64,000 bases of DNA from Rhodosorus marinus CCMP1338 (taxonomy: Eukaryota; Plantae; Rhodophyta), in assembly GCA_029953675.1 (NCBI GenBank), contig JAMWBK010000004.1, positions 124,001 through 188,000 of the forward strand, read 5' to 3'. The translations under genes were made by a program, and so were the position numbers. The notes under the pieces were generated by a model. That model made no database searches and had not been told where the DNA came from. It worked only from the letters and a program-made list of their open reading frames with translations. This document shows positions 31,381 through 42,426 of this stretch, piece by piece (the stretch's first letter is position 1; every line of letters begins with the position of its first letter).

Positions 31381-34300
31381 CTAATACCTAGGGAGGGAAG
31401 CATGCAACCCCAGGCGCCGATGGCGCGCCTCGGAAAGCATGTCGCTGGAATATCGCCAAAGGGAGACACTTAAACGCCTCAAGAGCGCCAAATATTCAGT
31501 AGGATGCTCAGCAAAACATTTCCGCAACCACTCTAAACCCGACTTATCCACGTGACCAAAGCTTTCCACAATGAATGGCTGGAACCGGTGAGAGCGACCC
31601 TCAGCGCAAGGCAGACTGGCCATGCTCTCAGCATACCGTCGTTCCTTAACTCTTCGAAGGGCTGAAGCCGCGGCCCCCCGGCGGCGGGCGGCTGCGGTGA
31701 GGTGGGCGCTGGCCACGGGGCAGGTAATCGCAAGGTCCACATATGTTGAGCGTCTGGCAGCAGCGTCGGAGACGAGGAGATCGGCTATACAACGGGGCGG
31801 TGCAGAGTCCGAGATGGATCTGGGCAGTTCCGACTCAACCTCAACCGTATGCCCTATCCGAGTCAAAGATTCGCTGAGGATGTACTTGAGGCGAGTGTGA
31901 CGCCTCGTACGGAGACCTCGCAACAGTCCGCAGGAACCCAGGAAGTGGTAGCCACAAGCGTCAATCCGGCTCTCACATCCCTGACAGAAAGACGGCCGAT
32001 TAGAGTGCCACGGAGCCTGTGGCAAACCGAGATAGATCCGTGCGGCAGAACGGAACTGGAAAGCATCGAGACGATGACTCAATGACGACGGTAGAGTGGT
32101 TAACCACAAGTGCGAGAGGTGGCCTCCCATGCCGCGGAGACGAGCGGCAGTGGTAGGCGGCGTGAGAGGAGAATTGAGCATGACTGTGTGAGCGGCACTG
32201 TGTTGGCCCCAGGTGAGGCTATGTTGAATCACATCAGTGTGGGAGCTCCACAATCGGCTCAAACCCGGGTAGTCTGCAACAGGGGACCCGGGGCTAGCCT
32301 CTCCGTCATCGGCAAGAACTCGGTCGAGGGGACAATCCTCAATCGCTTCAGCTCGTCCCCATAACAGCTCCCCCCAGGAACGAAAGCCGGACCGATTTGC
32401 GTCCGGCACGGCGTTGCACCTCCTGAACGCGTGTTGAAGACCATCATAAATTGTCAAAAGCGGGGGCGGCAGGGTCACTGGATCCTCGTTGGTCAAAGCT
32501 CGAGCCAAGAGGCAGGCACTTCGCATCCGGAAGGTCACCAACGTTCGCAGCGCGGTAGCCCAGGAGGCAACCGCCGCTGGCGAGCATACCAGCCCACGGT
32601 CTGCGACGCCGAATCCCCCTAATCGCAACGGTAGAGCGATCTGTGCACGAATAAAGTCCCTGTCGGGAGCAGCTTCAAGATCGAGGGGCTCATCCAAGAG
32701 CGTTCCCCAGTGTTGCAGGGTCATTTCGTCGGCTTTAGCCGCGATCCACGAGCCCCAAGCTGGAGGCAGGCTGCGCAACCAGTAGTTGAGTCTGGGACCG
32801 GCACAAAAGCGGGAAAGCAAGCAGGCCGATTGCAGCATGCTGTCGGGTAGGTGCTCAATGGCGTCGGTGAGTTGCTTGTGCCGTGCCAAAACTCGCTCGC
32901 AGGATGCTTGGACAAAGTTGTCAGTCCCCAATCCGACGCCGTGGTGTTCGAACCCTTCACGTTCGCTGATTAGTCGCAGAGTGGGTGGCAGAGAGGCCAG
33001 CGACACGTCCCTCGGGGGGAGAAAGCGACATTTTTCTGTTTCCACAGTCAAACCGACGCGACGTGCAATCGCTTCGATCGCGGTCAGTCCCCTAGCCAGG
33101 GTGTCAGGGGTGCCCAGCAATGTTACGTCATCGTGGTACGCGCAGATTCGAAGATCCGAGACCTCAGTCGAAAGACGTAAAAGTACGAGCTGTAGTGCAC
33201 AGGCATGAAGAAGAGGTCCGCAAGGGTCGCCTTGTTGGACGCCAGTATGTGCTTGAAAAACAGTGCCCTCCGTTGTCAAGTAGGGGAAGCTCTCCCCTCC
33301 GTAAATACCCGATAGAAACGGCCACGCCTCCGGAAACACACGTCGGAGCACCTCTAGCGCATGCGTCCGCGACACGCTGTTGAATGCGTTCCGGAAATCA
33401 ACCACCAAGACTCCCCACTCCGGCCTACTGAATGAATGGTTTAATCGGAGGCTGAAAAAAAAAAACCCCGAGGGGAAAAAAAGACTAAGCGCGGCGAAGT
33501 ACTCGCGCCTCCAACATCAAAGCGGCATTCATGCGCCACAGCAGGAAACTTAAGCGGGTAAACAACGATTGAAGACGGTCAGGGCGTTCGCGGAACAACT
33601 CCCGAAGCCAGCGAGAACCAACAGAGTCCATGAACCCAAAGCACTCAATGATCAGGGGTACCAAGCGATGTGCTAGTGCCGAAGCACGAACACCAGGGGA
33701 AGACAAAGCCCCCGCGCATTTGATCTCTTTGCGGCGTCTCATGCTGGCGGCGGCAGATCCACGGCGCTCCCCCGCAGCCGGGAGATAACGACTAGCTTGA
33801 GGGTTGGGAACAGCAAGATCAACGTATGTGGTACGGCGGCTGTCGTCACAGGTGATCACCAGGTCGGCTACACGGCGTTCTGGCGCGTTCTAGCTCGATC
33901 CCATGGGTGATCAGTTCGCAACCCCCAGAAAATCCCACCCCTACTTGCAAGGGCGCCATAAAAGCTGTGACGCGCTGGCGAAGGCGCTGGCATAGCCACC
34001 TCCCGGCTAACTTCCGTAGGCTCTCCACCATCCCGATCGGCCGGAGACGCGGGTGGGCCGGCTGGTGGTCAGGTTTCGTGAGCAAGCAAAGCTGTGCCTG
34101 CCGGAGATGTTCCCATGGCGCGGACGCACCCGATACGCCCTGGAACAACTTGTTAAGGATCCTCAGAAGCGCGCTCTGGCCAGGCTGGCTCAGGGCCTGC
34201 AATAGCTCTGTTCTTAGTCCGGAGGGTCCAGGACAGCGTCCCCGACGCGAGGTACGAAGCAAATCCTCCAGGTCAGACTCACTGAGGGTCAGATCGATGC

Positions 34301-34904
34301 GAAACCTGGCCAACTCCGGACGGTCCAAGAATACCTCGAATTCAGGGGACAAATCCACGTCGGACTCAGGGAACAAAGACGACACCGTCTGGGCGAGACT
34401 ATCATCGTAGGGGAGGACAGGCGCCTGGCCCTCCAAAACCCGCGCCGCTCGACTTAAATCGCCCACTGCTACCAATTTCTGTACTCCAGCTGGCACGGGC
34501 GACACTGTGCCATGCCGAGTCCGACGGGCGGATGGTGCTGACGACGCCAAATAGCTGCGCTGTAGTACTTCGAAGTCTCCCTTCAAGAACAGGGCCAGTC
34601 GGTCTCGTACTCGCCATCTGCGCTCCGATGTGTGAATGGGGGCCAGAATCAGGCGCGGCATGACCCCCAGAAAAACCCAAATGACTGTGTCCCGAATGTT
34701 GCGAGCCAGGCTCGTGAAGATGAAATCGAGAATGGTTCCAGCTACCAGAAGGTCTCCACGAGGAAGGACGACTGGGGGAATGCCCCCACGGAGGGGAAGC
34801 GAGCCTCCTTCCAAAGAAATCCACCGCCGGAGCCAACTCCGAAAACGCGTACGCCAAATGCCCCAGTCTCCGCCCTCCTTCAGGACATAAGACTGTAGAT
34901 CCAT
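31381..34904 (-). CDS. Family A ORF2 (RT-CCHC-RLE, ~1020 aa once the insert is removed); disrupted
   Basis: GRCPGPSGLRTE, LRPIGM, LQVGVG, VDFRNAFN, GVQQGDPCGP, AYHDD, HHGVG, CQGC..H..SC, RHTR, IADL, YVDLA, VKERRY, PFIVESFG. Confidence 0.9.
33430..33879 (-). mobile_element. 450-bp family B 3' fragment nested in A ORF2, with a 2-bp duplication (AG)
   Basis: Runs from (E)RRVADLVITC to LEARVLRRA*, then UTR and CATTCATTC tail. Confidence 0.93.
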
Positions 34905-34935
34905 AGGCTGCGACCTCGCAGCCGTGCCTGGAGCG

Positions 34936-36212
34936 CTAATCGTGCTTCTCCCCCTTAGACCCGGGGGAGTCGGTCCTCGCTCTCTTACCTCCTATCCGCA
35001 CCAAAGTCGTGAGCCTCCCACTCCGCGAGGCTCGCGGAACGGATCCCGCGGGCTTCAGCAAAGTAACCTGGGCGTCCTCCACCGCCATGCCCTCAGTCTG
35101 CTCCCCTGCCTCACCACTCTCGCTGGAAGTAGTGCTGGAAGCAGAGCCCTCCAAAATCCCCACCCGCTGCAGCTCTGTCTTGTAGCGCGAAGTCAGCACA
35201 AGTCGCCTCTCCAGATCGAAGAAACTGGAAACCGCCATGCGCAGGTGACGAGGGCCCGACCGGAACCGCGCCAACAAGATCCTCTCAAGGCGCTGAATCC
35301 GTAGCCAATGGATCGCTGCCGCCTTCACGCTGCTCTCATGCTCAGAGAGCCCTGCCGTTTCTCCCGGAGACAGGAAATTGCCCGAGAAACGGTCAAAATC
35401 GAAGTGCAAAACCACCTGCGGGTTGCAGCGCAGCCACCGGGCGCTCTCAGGCCACTGCTCGGTAGGCTTCGCCAGCAAGGCCTCCAGGTACTTGGCGGCG
35501 GTTGCGGAGACCAAAAACAGCACATCGCGGCCCTCATAGTTTGCGAAGAAGAAATCACCCCGGCTGCACCCTAACGATTCCGCAAAAGTGTCCCGGAAGT
35601 CTCGCATAGACGGAACCTGTCCTCGTGTAGTCTGGGGCCGGACATTTCGCACCCACAGAAATTGGAGAGTGGTCTCCACAGGTCCATCCTGAGGCTCGCG
35701 AGATGGTATGAAACGGAGCATAGCCGCCGTACGTGTGGCAGTGGTGCCCTTCCGCAAGACTGATGCGTACGAAGCGCCCCCTTGCGGCCACCACGTGCCC
35801 CCGAAGTAGCCGGGAGCTGGTGACGACCTGAGGGCTGGTCCAAGAGAGGGAAGTCCACAGCTGCAGTCTCCTCCACACCGGTTGCCGCACAGTCACCACC
35901 ACCATTGCCTCGAGTCCCCGAGCGCTGAAGCGCGTTTTGGCCCGGCCTGCCGCTCCCCAACGTCGTACTGTCCCGCGCAGAAGCAACAGCCCTCGCCTGT
36001 CCCGGGACAGGTTCATGTTGATTGACCGGATGTTGACTGCCTTCAGCCAACGCTGCCACTCTGGGGCAATTCAAATTCTCGTCCGAATTTGAATTTGACC
36101 TGGCCAGCAATCCCGATTCCAGCCCACCTAGCTTCTGGGTGAGCTGAGGGAGCACTCCACGATCACTCGCAGCCATGATCAGGCTGGTGACAGCGGAGAT
36201 AAGTGCACGCGT
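34936..36212 (-). CDS. Family A ORF1 (5'-truncated, one frameshift near the G5 run at ~35780), no recognisable domain
   Basis: Tracked frames 35571-36236 and 34936-35757 join to give a protein colinear with the ORF1 at 1-566. Confidence 0.7.
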
Positions 36213-39200
36213 GGCTTTATTGGACTTTACTAGCATAGCCTGAAGCGCTACGCAAGGCGTGAAGATGAACTAATAACTAGGGAGGGAAGCATGCAACCCC
36301 AGGCGCCGATGGCGCGCCTCGGAAAGCATGTCGCTGGAATATCGCCAAAGGGAGACACTTAAACGCCTCAAGAGCGCCAAATATTCAGTAGGATGCTCAG
36401 CAAAACATTTCCGCAACCACTCTAAACCCGACTTATCCACGTGACCAAAGCTTTCCACAATGAATGGCTGGAACCGGTGAGAGCGACCCTCAGCGCAAGG
36501 CAGACTGGCCATGCTCTCAGCATACCGTCGTTCCTTAACTCTTCGAAGGGCTGAAGCCGCGGCCCCCCGGCGGCGGGCGGCTGCGGTGAGGTGGGCGCTG
36601 GCCACGGGGCAGGTAATCGCAAGGTCCACATATGTTGAGCGTCTGGCAGCAGCGTCGGAGACGAGGAGATCGGCTATACAACGGGGCGGTGCAGAGTCCG
36701 AGATGGATCTGGGCAGTTCCGACTCAACCTCAACCGTATGCCCTATCCGAGTCAAAGATTCGCTGAGGATGTACTTGAGGCGAGTGTGACGCCTCGTACG
36801 GAGACCTCGCAACAGTCCGCAGGAACCCAGGAAGTGGTAGCCACAAGCGTCAATCCGGCTCTCACATCCCTGACAGAAAGACGGCCGATTAGAGTGCCAC
36901 GGAGCCTGTGGCAAACCGAGATAGATCCGTGCGGCAGAACGGAACTGGAAAGCATCGAGACGATGACTCAATGACGACGGTAGAGTGGTTAACCACAAGT
37001 GCGAGAGGTTGCCTCCCATGCCGCGGAGACGAGCGGCAGTGGTAGGCGGCGTGAGAGGAGAATTGAGCATGACTGTGTGATCGGCACTGTGTTGGCCCCA
37101 GGTGAGGCTATGTTGAATCACATCAGTGCGGGAGCTCCACAATCGGCTCAAACCCGGGTAGTCTGCAACAGGGGACCCGCGGCTAGCCTCTCCGTCATCG
37201 GCAAGAACTCGGTCGAGGGGACAATCCTCAATCGCTTCAGCTCGTCCCCATAACAGCTCCCTCCAGGAACGAAAGCGGGACCGATTTGCGTCCGGCACGG
37301 CGTTGCACCTCCTGAACGCGTGTTGAAGACCATCATAAATTGTCAAAAGCGGGGGCGGCAGGGTCACTGGATCCTCGTTGGTCAAAGCTCGAGCCAAGAG
37401 GCAGGCACTTCGCATCCGGAAGGTCACCAACGTTCGCAGCGCGGTAGCCCAGGAGGCAACCGCCGCTGGCGAGCATACCAGCCCACGGTCTGCGACGCCG
37501 AATCCCCTAATCGCAACGGTAGAGCGATCTGTGCACGAATAAAGTCCCTGTCGGGAGCAGCTTCAAGATCGAGGGGCTCATCCAAGAGCGTTCCCCAGTG
37601 TTGCAGGGTCATTTCGTCGGCTTTAGCCGCGATCCACGAGCCCCAAGCTGGAGGCAGGCTGCGCAACCAGTAGTTGAGTCTGGGACCGGCACAAAAGCGG
37701 GAAAGCAAGCAGGCCGATTGCAGCATGCTGTCGGGTAGGTGCTCAATGGCGTCGGTGAGTTGCTTGTGCCGTGCCAAAACTCGCTCGCAGGATGCTTGGA
37801 CAAAGTTGTCAGTCCCCAATCCGACGCCGTGGTGTTCGAACCCTTCACGTTCGCTGATTAGTCGCAGAGTGGGTGGCAGAGAGTTCAGCGACACGTCCCT
37901 CGGGGGGAGAAAGCGACATTTTTCTGTTTCTACAGTCAAACCGACGCGACGTGCAATCGCTTCGATCGCGGTCAGTCCCCTAGCCAGGGTGTCAGGGGTG
38001 CCCAGCAATGTTACGTCATCGTGGTACGCGCAGATTCGAAGATCCGAGACCTCAGTCGAAAGACGTAAAAGTACGAGCTGTAGGGCACAGGCATGAAGAA
38101 GAGGTCCGCAAGGGTCGCCTTGTTGGACGCCAGTATGTGCTTGAAAAACAGTGCCTTTATTAGCATAGCCTACAGCGCTACGCAAACCGTGAAAAGGAAC
38201 TAAGAACTAGGTAGGGAAGCGTGCAAACCCAGGCGCCGATGGCGCGCCTCGGCAAGCGTGCTGCTCGAATATCGCCACAGAGAGACGCTTACCGCAAAAG
38301 TTCCAAGTATTCAACAGGATGCTCAGTGAAACATTTCCGCAACCAATCCTAACCCGACTTCTCCACGTGACCAAAGCTTCCACAATGAAAGGCTGGAACT
38401 TACTTCTTAGCTCAGAAGCCAGCTCATTAGTGAACTCAAGGAAAAATGTCAAAGCTAGCCTTCGCATACTAAAAAAACATTGGCTCTACAATCTGTGGCG
38501 AGCGCCCACCTCACGGCTGCCGCCCGCCGACGAGGCGCAGCCGCTTCGGCTCTTCGACGAGTGAAGGAACGACGGTATGCTGAGAGCATGGCCAGTCTGC
38601 CTTACGCCGAGGGTCGCTCCCACCAGTTCCAGCCTTTCATTGTGGAAAGCTTTGGTCATGTGGATAAGTCGCGTTTAGAGTGGTTGCGAAAATGTTTCGC
38701 TGAGCATCCTACTGAGTACTTGGCGCTTTTGCGGCGTTTGAGTGCCGCCCTGTGGCGATGTTCTGGGCTTTACTGGCTTTATTAGCTTAGCCTAAAGCGC
38801 TACGCTAACCGTGAAAAGGAACTAAGTACTAGGTAGGGAAGCGTGCAAACCCAGGCGCTGATGGCGCGCCTCGGCAAGCATGCTGCTCGAATATAGGCAC
38901 AGAGAGACACTTAAACGCCGCAAAAAGTTCCAAGTATTCAACAGGATGCTCAGTGAAACATTTCCGCAACCACTCCAAACCCGACTTCTCCACGTGACCA
39001 AAGCTTTCCACAATGAAAGGCTGGAACCGGTGTGAGCGACCCTCAGCGCGAGGGAGGCTGGCCATACCCTCAGCATACCGTCGTTCCTTCACGCGGCGAA
39101 GGACCGAAGCAGCTGCTCCCCGGCGGCAGGCGGCAGCCGTGAGATGGGCGCTTGCCACAGGGCATGTAATCGCGAGGTCAACATATGCTGAGCGTCTGGC

Positions 39201-42031
39201 GGCGGCATCGGAGACGAGGAGATCTGCGATACAGCGGGGCGGTGCCCTATCTGAGACCGATCTGGGTAGTTTCGATTGCACCTCAACCGTATGCCCTACC
39301 CGAGTCCAACATTCGCTGAGAATGCACTTGAAGCGAGTGCGACGCCTCGTACGAAGACATCTCAACAGTCCGCATGAACCTAAGAAATGGTAACCACAAG
39401 CATCGATCCGACTCTCACATCCCGGACAGAAAGACGGCCGATTAGAGTGCCACGGAGCTTGTGGCAAACTCAGGTAAATCCGTGCGGCAGAGCGAAACTG
39501 GAAGGCATCCAGACGGTGACCAGTAAGGACGGCAGGGTCGTTAACCACAAATGTGATAGATGGCCTCCCATGCCGCGGAGGCGAGCGGCGGTGGTAGGCA
39601 GTGTGAGTGGAGAGTTGAGCAAGATTGCGTGAGCGGTACTGTGTTGGCCCCAGGTGAGGCTATGTTGAATCACATCAGTGCGCGAGCTCCACAATCGGCT
39701 CAGACTCGGGTAATCGGCAAGCGGTGACCCGGGGCTAGCTTCCCCCTCGTCGGCGAGTACTCTGTCGATGGGAGAGTCCTCGAGCGCCTCAGTTCGTCCC
39801 CATGACAGCTCCTTCCAGGAGCGAAATCTGGATCGGCTCTCGTCCGGCACGGCGTTGCACTTACTGAACGCCTGTTGCAGAGCATCGTAGATACTCAAAA
39901 GTGGCGGCGGAAGGGTCACGGGGTCTTCGCTAGTCAGTGCTCTAGCCAAAAGGCAAGCACTTCGCATCCGAAAACTCACCAAGGTGCGAAGCGCGGTAGC
40001 CCAGGAGGCGACCGCCGCAGCCGAGCATACGAGTCCACGGTCGGCCACTCCAAATCCGCCTAATCGTAAAGGTAGGGCAATCTGGTCACGAATTAGGTCC
40101 CTGTCAGAAGCCGCTTCCACATCCAGGGGTTCATCCAAGAGCGTTCCCCAGTGCTTCGCCTCGTCCGCCTTGGGTGGCATCCACGAGCCCCAGCGCGGTG
40201 GAAGGCTTCGCAGCCAGTAATTCAGTCGAGGGCCGGCACAAAAGCGGCAGAGCAGGCAAGCCGATTGGAGCATGCTGTCCGGTAGGCGCTCAATGGCGTC
40301 GGTGAGCTGCTTATGGCGCGCTAAAACTCGTTCGCAAGAGTCTTGGACAAAGTTGTCACTCCCCAAACCCACGCCATGGTGCTCGAGCCCCGCAGGTTCA
40401 CCAAAGGCTCGGAGACTAGGTGGCAGGGAGCCCCTCGAAACTTCACGCGGGCCGAGAAAACGGCATTTTTCGGGTTCCACGGTTAGACCTACTCCACGTG
40501 CGATTGCTTCGACCTGGGTCAATCCCCGAGCCAAGTGCTCAGGGGTGCCCAGCAACGTCAAGTCGTCGTGGTAGGCACAGATGCGAAGATCCGGCACCTC
40601 AGCCGCCAGGCTCTGTAGCACGAGCTGCAAGGCACACGCGTGAAGGACAGACCCACACGGATCACCCTGTTGAACGCCAGTACGTGCTGCAAAAACAGAG
40701 CCCTGCGTTGTCAAGTAAGGGAGGCTCCCCCCTGCGTAAATACCGGATAGGAACGGCCACGCCTCCGGGAATACCCTTCGAATCACCTCCAAAGCATTCG
40801 TCCGCGAGACGCTGTTGAACGCGTTACGGAAGTCAACCACCAAAGCGCCCCAATCCGGCCTACTGGCTCGCTCGAGCTTTTATCGCATGGATGATTAGTT
40901 CGCAACCCCTGGAAAATCCCAATCCTACCTGCCAAGGCGCCATAAAGGCGGTGACTCGCTGGCGTAGGCGCTGGCATAGCCACTTCCGGCGAGTTTCCGT
41001 AGACTCTCGACCATGCCGATCGGCGGAGACACGGGTGTGCCGGCTCGTGGCCGGGTTTCGTTAGCAAGCAAAGCTGTGCCCGTGGGCTTTACTAGCTTTA
41101 TTAGCATAGCCTAAAGCGCTACGCAAACCGTGAAAAGGAACTAACTAGCACAGCCTGAAGCGCTAAGCAAGGCGTGAAAAGGAACTAAGAACTAGGGAGG
41201 GAAGCGTTCAAACCCAGGCGCCGATGGCGCGCTTCAGCAAGCATGCTGCTAGAATATCGCCACAGGGCGGCACTCAAACGCCGCAAAAGCCCCAAGTACT
41301 CAGTAGGATGTTCAGCGAAACATTTCCGCCACCACTCTGAACCCGACTTTGCTTTATTAGCATAGCCGAAAACGCTACGCAAACCGTGAAAAGGAACTAA
41401 GAACTAGGTAGGGAAGCGTGCAAACCCAGGCGCCGATGGCGCGCCTCAGCAAGCATGCTGCTCGAATATCGCCATAGAGAGACACTTAAACGCCGCAAAA
41501 GTTCCGAGTATTCAAAGGGATGCTCAGTGAAACATTTCCGCAACCACTCCAAACCCGACTTCTCCACGTGACCAAAGCTTTCCACAATGAAAGGCTGGAA
41601 CCGGTGGGAGCGACCCTCAGCGCGAAGAAGACTGGCCATACCCTCAGCATACCGTCGTTCCTTCACGCGGCGAAGGGCCGAAGCAGCTGCTCCCTGGCGG
41701 CAGGCGGCAGCCGTGAGATGGGCGCTTGCCACAGGGCATGTAATCGAAAGGTCAACATATGCTGAGCGTCTGGCGGCAGCATCGGAGACGAGGAGATCTG
41801 CGATACAGCGGGGCGGTGCCCTATCCGAGACCGATCTGGGTAGTTCCGATCCCACCTCAACCGTATGCCCTACCCGAGTCAAACATTCGCGGAGAATGTA
41901 CTTGAAGCGAGTTTGACGCCTCGTACGAAGACCTCTCAACTGGAGTTTTAAGTAACATAGCCTGATGCGCTACGCAAGACGTAAAAGGAAACTAGGGACT
42001 AGGGAGAAGAGCATGCAAGCCCAGGCGACGG
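36213..42031 (-). mobile_element. Stack of eight truncated family A pieces
   Basis: 36213-38155 (-), 38156-38399 (-), 38493-38764 (+), 38765-41083 (-), 41084-41144 (-), 41145-41350 (-), 41351-41940 (-) and 41941-42031 (-, diverged). Each minus-strand piece carries its own 3' UTR. Confidence 0.93.
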
Positions 42032-42426
42032 GAATACCCCTTTCCTTCCAGAATGTAAGGGAAGGAGTTACTTAGAAGTTCTTTTCTGGTGGTCCCTTTG
42101 CTGGAGAGGCCGGGGATGTGCCAAGCCTTCGTGTTCCGTTTCTCTACATATCATCTTCACGAAGTCTCGTAGGGAGTTTCTTCGCCTCCGATACGAACGG
42201 AGAGTCCCCTTTGTGGGCGAATTCCCGCGGCCACAGTACGACGGAGATGGAGGGAGCATAAGTATGCTTCTGGGCATGACCGATTCGTAGTTCAATGTCC
42301 TTTTTATTTCTGCTGCGCGGGGCGTAAGGGTCTTGAAACTATGAAAAAAAACGCCTTAATCCGCAAAACTTTCGACGAAAGCAGCTCAACCACGGAATTC
42401 CTTCGCACAAACTGGTCACGTCGTTT

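Larger units (their letters stand above)
31325..36212 (-). mobile_element. Near full-length family A (A1) two-ORF retrotransposon, interrupted by a B fragment
   Basis: ORF1, a 31-bp spacer, ORF2 from ATG 34904 to stop 31381, and a 3' UTR with tail GTAAAGTCCAGTCCAGT. Removing 33430-33879 restores HGIELERASRPEWGVLVVDF, colinear with the uninterrupted A2 copy at ~40830-40900. Confidence 0.93.

Noticed and set aside
35770-35790. Programmed ribosomal frameshift in A ORF1
   Set aside because: AAGGGGG is not a canonical slippery heptamer, and the homolog at 1-566 reads through in one frame. A homopolymer indel is simpler.
33846-36236. Separate retroelement family upstream of the 31381-33408 ORF
   Set aside because: Removing the 450-bp B insert restores one continuous family A ORF2.
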